64,000 nt of DNA from Scyliorhinus canicula. Lineage: Eukaryota. The DNA lies in assembly GCF_902713615.1 (NCBI RefSeq), contig NC_052158.1:5941196-6005195 (forward strand), written 5' to 3'. Of the stretch, positions 1-10,400 are shown piece by piece; within the stretch, counting starts at the first letter, position 1; every line of letters starts with the position of its first letter. Made by a program: the position numbers and the translations under genes. The notes under the pieces were generated by a model, which saw only the letters and a list, made by a program, of their open reading frames with translations, was not told the DNA's origin and searched no databases.

Positions 1-633
1 ATCTCCACTATAACCATACCACTGGATCTCCACTATAACCATACCACTGGATCTCCACTATAACCATACCACTGGATCTCCATTATAACCATACCACTGG
101 ATCTCCATTATAACCTCACCACTGGATCTCAATTATAACCATACCACTGGATCTCCATTATAACCATACCACTGGATCTCCATTATAACCATACCACTGG
201 ATCTCCATTATAACCTCACCACTGGATCTCAATTATAACCATACCACTGGATCTCCATTATAACCATACCACTGGATCTCCATTATAACCATACCACTGG
301 ATCTCCATTATAACCATACCACTGGATCTCCATTATAACCATACCACTGGATCTCCATTATAACCATACCACTGGATCTCCATTATAACCATACCACTGG
401 ATCTCCATTATAACCATACCACTGGATCTCAATTATAACCACACCACTGGATCTCCATTATAACCACACCACTGGATCTCCATGATAACCACATCACTGG
501 ATCTCCATTATAACCTCACCACTGGATCTCCATTATAACCATACCACTGGATCTCCAAGATAACCACACCACTGGATCTCCATGAAAACCACACCACTGG
601 ATCTCCATGAAAACCACACCACTGGATCTCCAT
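1..633. repeat. 25-bp minisatellite (ATCTCCATTATAACCATACCACTGG)n, runs off the window start
   Basis: About 25 near-identical head-to-tail 25-mers read directly from the sequence. Confidence 0.95.
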
Positions 634-829
634 GTGGCTCTCTGATCCTGCAGTTTACCAACCTTAATTTCCCACAGTTCAGATCACCTAATTGAGACTT
701 AATTCCATTCCCTCTTACTCACACCCCAGCTAACACCTCACTATTTCCTAACCGAGTGCCACTCCCAACTCTCTCTGCCCCTCGGTATTCCTCTTGGTTA
801 TGACCTCCCAGACCCCTGCCAAGTTTATT

Positions 830-1510
830 GAACTGCGCCCCAATAGGGCGACCACCTGGCCCTGCCGAGGAATTTGGTCTGAGCTCGGTTCAGGTGCTAC
901 ACGTCTGGTTTGGACAGATCCTGGGCGGGAGTCTCCTGACGACGACGCCAAAATTGCGTTCGGCGATCGGCTTGAGAATCCCCGTGTGCGCCAAAATCGG
1001 GGACGGCAGTGCTATCGCGATGTTCCGCCCCCTGAAAAATGGCGTCTCGCACGCTGTGTGGACGGCCTCGCGACGTCACCTGAGGCCCTCCCCCAAGGCT
1101 CCTTTTTGGGTTTCGTGATCCTGGCATTGCGGCTGCGGACTGAGCTCAGTCGGGGGAGTGGGGGGTTTGGGGGGTGAGGGAGGGGGCACCGTTCCATGTG
1201 CAGGGGACACTTTGGCGAGGGCTGCGGGGACCAGTGGGGGGGGGGGGGTGGTCCAGGGGTGGCAGTGGGGGTCATTGGGGGTTACTGGGGTACAGTATGT
1301 GGCAGGACGGGTCCGCGGTGGCCAGTGCCATGTTGCACGTCGCAGCTGCTGTAGGGTGCCGCAGTGCACATGTGCAGCCAAGACCCGGCAATTCTCCGGC
1401 CGTACCTGCAGGTGAAGCCGGGCTTTACTCTGCCGTCCTGCTAGCCGCCCACCAGATGGAGGATCGGTACAGCTTTTACGTCAATTTTTCTGTTGTAAAA
1501 CCCGATTGTT
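830..1510. mobile_element. GC-rich non-autonomous DNA-transposon-like (Harbinger/MITE-type) repeat
   Basis: GC-rich block with GGAGAATC/GATTCTCC-type subterminal motifs, similar to blocks at about 31.1 kb and 56.1-56.7 kb; family assignment is inference. Confidence 0.45.
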
Positions 1511-1930
1511 TCCATGCCAGCGACAGCTCTGAGTCTTCAAATAGGAAACTCCAGGCCCCCTATCTCCCACAGAACAGGTCCCGATATCCCATACATCTGG
1601 AGCCTTCCCTCTTACACTAACTCTCCAGCCATTCCTGCATCTGCTCTCCAAGCCTATTTCTATACTTACCAGTGCCAGGTACTGGGAATAATCCAGAAAT
1701 TTCGAGGTCCTGCTTGTTAGATTCTTCCTGAAACTCTGTCTTCAGAAACTCACCCTTCTTTCTGTCTTCATTGGCCGCAAAGTACTTTGAGACATCTGGT
1801 GCGCTATATAAATGTAGGTCCTCCTTTAGTTCAGGACAACTTACTGTGTTAAAATAATAATTATTGCCTCTCTGGTCCTTTTTGCCAATGGCCTTGAACC
1901 TGTGCCCCCTGTGTAACCGACAGGCAGGAA

Positions 1931-2277
1931 TCACGGTAGCACAATGGTTAGCACTGTTGCTTCACAGCTCCAGGGTCCCAGGTTCGATTCCCGTCTGGGT
2001 CACTGTCTGTGTGGAGTCTGCATGTCCTCCACGTGTGTGCGTGGGTTTCCTCCGGGTGCTCCGGTTTCCTCCCACAGTCCAAAGATGTGTGGGTTAGGTG
2101 GATTGGCCATGATAAATTGCCCGTAGTGTCCTAAAAAGTAAGGTTAAGAGGGGGGGGTTGTTGGGTTACGGGTATAGGGTGGATACGTGGGTTTGAGTAG
2201 GGTGATCATGGCTCGGCACAACATCGAGGGCCGAAGGGCCTGTTCTGTGCTGTACTGTTCTATGTTCTATGTTCTAA
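1931..2277 (+). mobile_element. tRNA-derived shark SINE (HE1-like)
   Basis: Head CACGGTAGCACAATGGTTAGCACTG with B-box GGTTCGATTCC, conserved core GTGGGTTTCCTCCGGGTGCTCCGGTTTCCTCCCAC, (TATGTTC)n tail; more than 10 copies in the window. Confidence 0.85.
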
Positions 2278-2326
2278 GTCCAAAGTTAGGTAATTTGTAC
2301 ACATTGTGAATTCTCCGTCTGTGTAC

Positions 2327-2430
2327 CTGAACAGGAGCCGGAATGTGGCGACTAGCGGCTTTTCACAGTAACTTCATTGCAGTGTTAATGTTAGCCAACT
2401 TGTGACAATAAAGATTATTATTATTATTAC
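2327..2430 (+). mobile_element. 3' end of SINE with (ATT)n tail abutting the V-exon acceptor
   Basis: GGAATGTGGCGACTAG..CTTTTCACAGTAACTTCATTGCAG..GTGACAATAAAG matches SINE ends at 30260-30346, 48375-48450 and 62995-63060. Confidence 0.8.
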
Positions 2431-2453
2431 TAATAATGTGGATTTTACTGCAG

Positions 2454-2831
2454 GTCTTGTGGCAGGCGATGATACTCTCTACATATCGCCCATATCTCTG
2501 ACTCACTGGGAGAACGAAACGGTGACACTGAATTGCTTCACCTCCAGGACTGTGGATAACTACCACTTCATCTGGGGATCGGCCAAGCCGGGGGACCTCA
2601 TGATCTCGTGGATTCTTTATTGGACCCCGCGTTCAAGCACTGCTCGCTACCCGTCCGTCGTGACTGAGCGATTCATCGGCACCAAGGACTGGGCCAACAA
2701 GAAATTCTCCCTGACAATAAGAGGCCTTCAACAGGCGGATTCCGCCCGCTATTATTGCGGCAGCTCCAACAGCTATTTCCCCTTCAGCACCGATTGGAGT
2801 GGTTGTGGAGTTACTCTAAATGTAAAAGCCG
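2454..2831 (+). CDS. Ig V-set domain exon with germline-fused J-like G strand (end of leader + VJ) of a non-rearranging Ig heavy-chain-like gene (UrIg-like or germline-joined Ig)
   Basis: Acceptor TTTTACTGCAG|GT (2451-2453) and donor G|GTAGGA (2832), both phase 1. Translation (G)LVAG-DDTLYISPISLTHWENETVTLNC...HFIW...ERFIGTKDWANKKFSLTIRGLQQADSARYYC GSSNSYFPFSTD WSGCGVTLNVKA has B-strand Cys, C-strand Trp, the D-x-A-x-Y-Y-C motif and a GxG..L-x-V G strand. Confidence 0.92.
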
Positions 2832-3230
2832 GTAGGATTTCACCCCTGTCTCCCTTTTATCCCTGTCCATCTGACACAAATTCAACACATGAGGACAGTG
2901 ATAATTTCAGGAGGCTCGTAACCCAGTGCTAAGTGTTAAGGACAGCGCTCCGGGCCACCAGTTTAAACCCCACCGTGGCAATCAAACCTGGAACTAGAAG
3001 CTCGTCTCCGTAATGGCGACGAGGAAACTATCACCGATTATCGTTAAAAACACTTCAGCGAGGACGTCTGCCGTCCGTTGCCCGGCCAGGCCTACATTTG
3101 ACTCCAGGCCCACAGCAGTGTGGTTGACTTTTAACTGCCCCCCTAAAAATGGCTGAGCTGCCCCAGTCGGTTCAATGCCAATTAGGGGGTGGGCAACAAA
3201 TGCTGACCAAATAAAAAGAGTAAAAACAAA

Positions 3231-3560
3231 CATGGTGGCACAGTACCACACAGCACCAGGGGGGGGGGGGGGGGGGGCGAGTTCAATTCTGGCCTTGTGT
3301 GATTGTCTGTGTGGAGTTTGCACTTTCTCCCCTTACCTGCGTGGGTTTCCCCCGGGTGCTCCGGTTTCCTCCCACAGCCCAAAGATGTGCAGCTTAGGTG
3401 GATTGGCCATGATCAATTGACTCTAAGTGTCCAAAATGGTCAGGTGCGGTTCCGGGTATAGGATGGGGGTGTGGGCCTAGTTAGGTTGCTCTTTCAGACG
3501 GTTGCTGCCGACTCAATGGAAGGAATGGCCTTCTTCTGCATTGTCGGTATCCTGTGATAA
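3231..3560 (+). mobile_element. tRNA-derived SINE copy
   Basis: Same head and core as 1931-2277. Confidence 0.8.
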
Positions 3561-3658
3561 TCTATCACTTTGGGACCGTGCTAGGAGGGGTACTGCATTG
3601 TCAGAGGTGCTATCTTTTAAAAGATAAGAATTTATTTAAAGTTGAGCCCCTTGTTCCT

Positions 3659-3787
3659 GCTATTTCCCCTTCAGCACCGATTGGAGTGGTTGTGGAGTTA
3701 CTCTAAATGTAAAAGCCGGTAGGATTTCACCCCTGTCTCCCTTTTATCCCTGTCCATCTGACACAAATTCAACACATGAGGACAGTG
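3659..3787 (+). repeat. Exact 129-bp duplicate of 2772-2900 (CDR3-J-like end of the V exon, splice donor and first 69 nt of intron)
   Basis: Base-by-base comparison: GCTATTTCCCC...GAGGACAGTG is identical at both sites. Confidence 0.95.
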
Positions 3788-4996
3788 GAGTGAGTGGAGC
3801 GAGTTTCTCCCAGAATCCTCCCAGAGTCCTGGCCAACATTCGTCATCAGTCATTGCCAGCCAAACCACATTAAAAGGTTGCTCATTGGAATTTACACTCT
3901 GTCAGCCCTTACAGTGCAAGCATTAACTTCCCATTTGGCCACAAAGCAAACTCACGTCAAGAAGTAATGAATTGTGCGTTCCTTTGGGACGCAGTGCTGG
4001 GTTGAACGATACTGTCCACAAACAAGAGATTTGCTTTTCGTCATATATGTGTGTCTCTCTCTGTCAGTGTGTAACATCGGGTTTGTGTGGTTAAGTCTCT
4101 GGAGGGAAATATAAACTTGCGACCGTCTCTGGTTAGAGACAGGAGTGTGACCAATTTAGCCATGGCTCATACCTTAGCTGAGATTACCAATAACCCTCTT
4201 CACTATTCGGACCTTTAGTATTTCCGATGGTGGAGTTTCCCTCGCCTCCATCCCAGGAGTCCAAATTAAACACATTCCCGTCCATTCTGGCTGCCCCTCC
4301 AGTGAGTGTTAATTGGCTGGAGTCAGTATTTCTGTCCCTCAGTTAGAAGGGGGTCTCACCTCAGAAAGCCACTGGCCTATCTGAACGGACATGTCTCTCA
4401 GTCCTGCAGCGCCAGAAGCTACAGTGGACAGGGTGGGTACTGCAAGCAGTCCGGGGCCTAACTCCCGGCAGTCCACTCGGTAAGTTTTGGGGGTCTCAGG
4501 GCAGGGAGGGGCAGTGAGGCCCTGGGGGATGGGTGGCAGGGGATTGTTTTGTGTGTCGGTGGAGGGGCTAGGGATGGTGTAAGGGAGCCTCCATTCGGCT
4601 TTGACCTTTTTTGGGAGATACCTCATGTTAAACGGAGGCTGCTGATGGAAGTCCTTCTCCCCCAACCCCACCTTCCCTTATTAGGCCTGATCACGGTTAA
4701 TTTTCAGACCTCCTGAACTCTTCCCACCAGCTTGAAAATTGAGGTTGGATGGGAAACGGCCCTCAAGAGGTCAATAATAAGCCACTTAAGGGTTTCAACT
4801 GATGCAAGGTTTGGTTGGCCAGCCTGGGCATTATCCACCCCATCGTTAAATTACAGAGCGGTTGTGGTGGGCGAAAGCCTAGTGGAAAGGCTCCTCGAGC
4901 CGGCTCCGTAATTCATCAGGATCATGGCTGTCCTTCTCCCTCAATGCCATTTTCCTGCACTATCTACATATTCCTCGATATCTTCCATATCTTCCA

Positions 4997-5345
4997 GGGC
5001 AGCATGGTAGCATTGTGGTTAGCACAATCGCTTCACAGCTCCAGGGTCCCAGGTTCGATTCCGGCTTGGGTCAATGTCTGCGCGGAGTCTGCACATCCTC
5101 CCCGTGTGTGCGTGGGTTTCCTCCGGGTGCTCTGGCTTCCTCCCACAGTCCAAAGGTGTGCGGGTTAGGTGGATTGGCCATGATAAATTGCCCTCAGTGT
5201 CCAAAATTAGTGTTGGGTGGGGTTACTGGGTTATGGGGATAGGGTGGAGGTGTTGACCTTGGGTAGGGGGTAGGGTGCTCTTTCCAAGAGCCGGTGCAGA
5301 CTCGATGGGCCGAATGGCCTTCTTCTGCACTGTAAATTCTATGTA
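4997..5345 (+). mobile_element. tRNA-derived SINE copy
   Basis: GGGCAGCATGGTAGC head, B-box and conserved core. Confidence 0.85.
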
Positions 5346-5349
5346 TATC

Positions 5350-5900
5350 TAGAATCAATCTCTGTCACACTCAATGTCTGACCTCCACAGCCCTCATGAG
5401 CCGAGGTTTCCAAAGATTCACCACCCTCTGAGTGACAAACCTCCCCCACACCTCGGTCTTAAATAGCCTGCTCCCTAATTCTGAGACTGGGTCCCTGGGT
5501 TCGAGACCACCACCCCCCCCCCCCCCCCCCCTCACGCACACACACACACCCTCCCCAGCCAGATGACACATCCTTACTGCATCTATCCTGTCGAACTCGA
5601 TGGGAATTTTGTACGCTTCGATGTGATCACCCCCCCATTCTACAAAAAACACAGGCCCTGTCTCCTCAATCTCTCCTCAAAGGACAATCCAGCCACCCCA
5701 GAAATCAGGCTCTTTGAACACTGTTGCCCTCTCTCTAAGACAAGTGCAAACCACACATAATACTTCAGGCCCGGTCTCACAAAGGCTCGATGCAATTGCA
5801 GCAAGGCTTCCGCACGCCTGTACTCAAATCCTCCTGCAATAGAGTACAAAGGACTACTTATCTTCCGAATCGCTTGCTGAGCCTGCATGTTAGCTTTTGG
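5350..5900 (-). mobile_element. CR1-type LINE 3' fragment
   Basis: ORF 5640-5888(-) GFEYRRAEALLQLHRAFVRPGLKY resembles the CR1 RT C-terminus seen at 44008-44428 and 58607-58996. Confidence 0.75.
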
Positions 5901-6307
5901 TGACTTATGAACAAGGACACCCAGGTCGCTTTCGGTTCACTATTTGATCTGAAGTGGTGCAGTACAGGCAGCATGTTTACCCCCCAAAGCTATCAGGAGG
6001 GCCCAGGTTTAATAGAGGTTAAATGGTTAGAAACTTTCAGCCCTGTCACGGAGGGGGAGGGGCCGGAAAATGCAGCTAACCCCGAAACAACCTTTGACCT
6101 CGGGGAGGGGGGGGGGGGGGGGCGGGACTGGCGAACCCCACTTGCCGGAAAGGCTAGTGAATTCTGTCCAATAAGCTAATACGATCTTGAACACAAGAGA
6201 TCAACCTGAGTTGGCGCGGTTAACCTGTGTCATCAATATTTGCCTCCGGTTGTATTTACATCTCCTCCCACGGTTGGTTGAGCCGCTGGTTTTCACTTCC
6301 ATTTCAG

Positions 6308-6625
6308 CCCCCGTGTCATCGGCGCCACTGATTCACTTCCACAATCCGCACCCCGAGGACATTTTCCAGCAGAAGAACATTTCGCTGCTGTGCGTGGCGG
6401 AGAACTATTTCCCGGCGGACATTTCCATTTCCTGGCACGTTGACGGCGACCCGGTCCAGGCGGGGGTCTCCCACTCTGCTTCCCTACTGTCGGGCAATGG
6501 CACCTACTCAAAGATCAGCAAACTGGTCATCGATACATCCCATTGGATCAGAGGCTCCATCTTCAGCTGCGAGGTGTCGCACAAAACACTGTCTTCACCC
6601 ATCACCAAGCACATCAGTAATACTG
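6308..6625 (+). CDS. Ig C1-set constant domain exon 1
   Basis: Acceptor TTCACTTCCATTTCAG|CC and donor G|GTGAGT, phase 1-1, 318 bp; LLCVAENYFPADISISW...GNGTYSKISKL...HWIRGSIFSCEVSHKTL is a C1-set signature. Confidence 0.93.
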
Positions 6626-6859
6626 GTGAGTTTTACACTGAGTTCCTGTTTTAGAGCTATTCGAAGGGAGAATGAATGGCCTCACCTCTCAATAACAGCT
6701 CTGATGTCTTCCAGCAGCTGATTACAAATCCCTCCTTTGCCCCTGTATCTCCCCTGTTCTACCCAAGATGGTTTCCAACCACATTGGGCCTCCTTGCCTG
6801 TTTTACTCAATCTGGAACTGCGTACGTGAATAATGTGAGTCAGCAAGGCCCATAAAGTG

Positions 6860-7310
6860 TACGTTAATCAACAAAGCAGCCCCGCTTGATTGGCACCCCA
6901 TCCACCACCTTCAACGTTCCCTCCCTCCACCTCCGATGGACAGTGTCAGCCGTGTGCACCATCGACAAGATTCACTGCAGGAACTCACCGAGGTTCCTCA
7001 GGCAGCACCTTCCAAACCCACGGCCACCACCATCTAGAAGGACAAGAGCAGCAAATACCTGGGATCACCGCCACCTGGAGCTTCCCCTCCAAGTCACTCC
7101 ACATCCTGACTGGGAAATATATCGGCCGTTCCTTCAGTGTCGCCGGGTCCAAATCCTGGAGCTCCCTCCCTAACAGCACGGTGGGTGTACCTACACCTCA
7201 GGGACTGCAGCGGCTTCAAGAAGGCAGCTCAGCACCACCTTGTCAAGGGGCAATTAGGGATGGACAATAAATGCTGGTCGAACCAGCGATGCCCACATCC
7301 TGTCAATGCA
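6860..7310 (+). mobile_element. L2/CR1-clade LINE 3' fragment
   Basis: Near-identical to 54700-55340(-) and 61370-61720(+); peptide AVCTIDKIHCRNSPRFLRQHLPNPRP. Confidence 0.75.
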
Positions 7311-7491
7311 GGAAACAAGAGCAATCCCGACAGAGGGTAATCACTGACCTTTTATTCTTGAGGCTTATTGAGTCCCACACACTGATTTCATTTTGGGAAC
7401 AACCCAATTCCAATATGGAATAATTGCTGAGTAGGTAACTTGGAAAGATCTAATGTAAACAGGCAAAGGCCAACACTTCAGGGGCTTCTTC

Positions 7492-10400
7492 GTGTGGGGG
7501 AAGGTGGGGGAGTTACTGAGTGTGGGGGGGGGGAGGGGGAGTTACTGAGTGTGGGGGGGGGGGAGTTACTGAGTGTGGGGGGAGGGGGAGTTACTGAGTG
7601 TGGGGGGGGGAGGGGGAGTTACTGAGTGTGGGGGGGGGGGAGGGGGAGTTACTGAGTGTGGGGGAGGGAGGGGGAGTTACTGAGTGTGGGGGAGGGGGAG
7701 GTACTGAGTGTGGGGGGAGGGGGAGTTACTCAGTGTGTGGGGGAGGGGGTGTTACTGAGTGTGGGGGAGGGGGAGTTACTGAGTGTGGGGGAGGGGGAGT
7801 TACTGAGTGTGGGGGAGGGGGTGTTACTGAGTGTGGGGGAGGGGGAGTTATTGAGTGTGGGGGAGGGGGAGTTACTGAGTGTGGGGGAGGGGGAGTTACT
7901 GAGTGTGGGGGAGGGGTGTTACTGAGTGTGGGGGGAAGGGGGAGTTACTGAGTGTGGGGGAGGGGGTGTTACTGAGTGTGGGGGAGGGGGTGTTACTGAG
8001 TGTGGGGGAGGGGGAGTTACTGAGTGTGGGGGGAGGGGGAGTTACTCAGTGTGTGGGGGGAGGGGGTGTTACTGAGTGTGGGGGAGGGGGAGTTACTGAG
8101 TGTGGGGGAGGGGGTGTTACTGAGTGTGGGGGAGGGGGAGTTATTGAGTGTGGGGAGGGGGAGTTACTGAGTGTGGGGGAGGGGGAGTTAGTGTGGGGGA
8201 GGGGGAGTTACTGAGTGTGGGGGAGGGGGTGTTACTGAGTGTGGGGGAGGGGGTGTTACTGAGTGTGGGGGAGGGGGAGTTACTGAGTGTGGGGGAGGGG
8301 GAGTTAGTGAGTGTGGGGGAGGGGGAGTTACTGAGTGTGGGGGAGGGGGAGTTACTGAGTGTGGGGGAGGGGTGTTACTGAGTGTGGGGGGGAAGGGGGA
8401 GTTACTGAGTGTGGGGGAGGGGGAGGTACTGAGTGTGGGGGAGGGGATGTTACTGAGTGTGGGGGAGGGGGTGTTACTGAGTGTGGGGGAGGGGGTTACT
8501 GAGTGTGGGGGAGGGGGAGTTACTGAGTGTGGGGGAGGGGGAGTTACTGAGTGTGGGGGAGGGGGAGTTACTGAGTGTGGGGGAGAGGGAGTTACTGAGT
8601 GTGGGGGAGGGGGGTTACTGAGTGTGGGGGAGGGGGTGTTACTGAGGTGGGGGAGGGGGAGTTACTGAGTGTGGGGGAGGGGGAGTTACTGAGTGTGGGG
8701 GAGGGGGAGTTACTGAGTGTGGGGGGAGGGGGAGGTACTGAGTGTGGGGGAGGGGTGTTACTGAGTGTGGGGGAGAGGGAGTTACTGAGTGTGGGGGAGG
8801 GGGGAGTTACTGACTGTGGGGGAGGGGGAGTTACTGAGTGTGGGGGTGGAGGGAGAGTCACTGAGTGTGGGGGAGGGGGTTACTGAGTGTGGGGGAGGAG
8901 GAGTTACTGAGTGTGGTGGAGGGGGATGTACTGAGTGTGGGGGAGGGGGAGTTACTGTGGGGGAGGGGGAGTTACTGAGTGTGGGGGAGGGGCAGTTACT
9001 GAGTGTGGGGGAGGGGGAGTTACTGAGTGTGGGGGAGGGGCAGTTACTGAGTGTGGGGGAGGGGCAGTTACTGAGTGTGGGGGAGGGGCAGTTACTGAGT
9101 GTGGGGGAGGGGGAGTTACTGAGTGTGGGGGAGGGGGAGTTACTGAGCGTGGGGGGGAGGGAGTTACTGAGTGTGGGGGAGGGGGTGTTCCTGAGTGTGG
9201 GGGAGGGGGTGTTACTGAGTGCGGGGGAGGGGGAGTTAGTGTGGGGGAGGGGGAGTTACTGAGTGTGGGGGAGGGGGAGTTACTGAGTGTGGGGGAGGGG
9301 GAGTTACTGAGTGTGGGGGAGGGGGAGTTACTGAGTGTGGGGAAGGGGGAGTTAGTGTGGGGGAGGGGGAGTTACTGAGTGTGGGGGAGGGGGAGTTACT
9401 GAGTGTGGGGGGAGGGGGAGGTACTGAGTGTGGGGGAGGGGAGGTACTGAATGTGGGGGAGGGGGAGGTACTGAGTGTGGGGGAGGGGGAGTTACTGAGT
9501 GTGGGGGGAGGGGCAGTTACTGAGTGTGGGGGAGGGGGAGTTACTGAGTATGGGGGAGGGGCAGTTACTGAGTGTGGGGGAGGGCAGTTACTGAGTGTGG
9601 GGGAGGGGCAGTTACTGAGTGTGGGGGAGGGGGAGTTACTGAGTGTGGGGGAGGGGGAGTTACTGAGTGTGGAGGAGGGCGTGTTCCTGAGTGTGGGGGA
9701 GGGGGTGTTACTGAGTGCGGGGGAGGGGGAGTTAGTGTGGGGGAGGGGAGTTACTGAGTGTGGGGGAGGGGGGAGTTACTGAGTGTGGGGGAGGGGGAGT
9801 TACTGAGTGTGGGGAAGGGGAGTTAGTGTGGGGGAGGGGGAGTTACTGAGTGTGGGGGAGGGGGAGTTATTGAGTGTGGGGGGAGGGGGAGGTACTGAGT
9901 GTGGGGGAGGGGAGGTACTGAATGTGGGGGAGGGGGAGGTACTGAGTGTGGGGGAGGGGGAGTTGCTGAGTGTGGGGGGAGGGGGAGTTACTGAGTGTGG
10001 GGGAGGGGGAGGTACTGAATGTGGGGGGAGGGGGAGGGTACTGAGTGTGGGGGAGGGGGAGGTACTGAGTGTGGGGGCGGGGGAGGTACTGAGTGTGGGG
10101 GAGGGGGAGTTGCTGAGTGTGGGGGAGGGGGAGTTACTGAGTGTGGGGGAAGGGGAGTTAGTGTGGGGGAGGGGAGTTACTGAGTGTGGGGGAGGGGGAG
10201 TTAGTGTGGGGGAGGGGGAGTTACTGAGTGTGGGGGAGAGGGAGTTAGTGTGGGGGAGAGGGAGTTACTGAGTGTGGGGGAGGGGGTATTACTGAGTGTG
10301 GGGGAGGGGGTTACTGAGTGTGGGGGAGGGGGGTTAGTGTGGGGGAGGGGGGGGTACTGAGTGTGGGGGAGGGGGAGTAACTGAGGTGGGGGAGGGGGAG

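Noticed and set aside
1514-1935. Leader-exon candidates (ATG 1514, donor at 1679, ATG 1888 after TATA 1805)
   Set aside because: No ATG-initiated hydrophobic peptide ending in a phase-1 GT donor; the phase-1 frame at 1679 has an upstream TAA and no ATG.
2700-3800. Recombination signal sequences around the V/J-like exon and its duplicate
   Set aside because: No CACAGTG/CACTGTG with a correctly spaced ACAAAAACC/GGTTTTTGT seen; near-heptamers at about 3110 and 3240 belong to repeats and lack nonamers.
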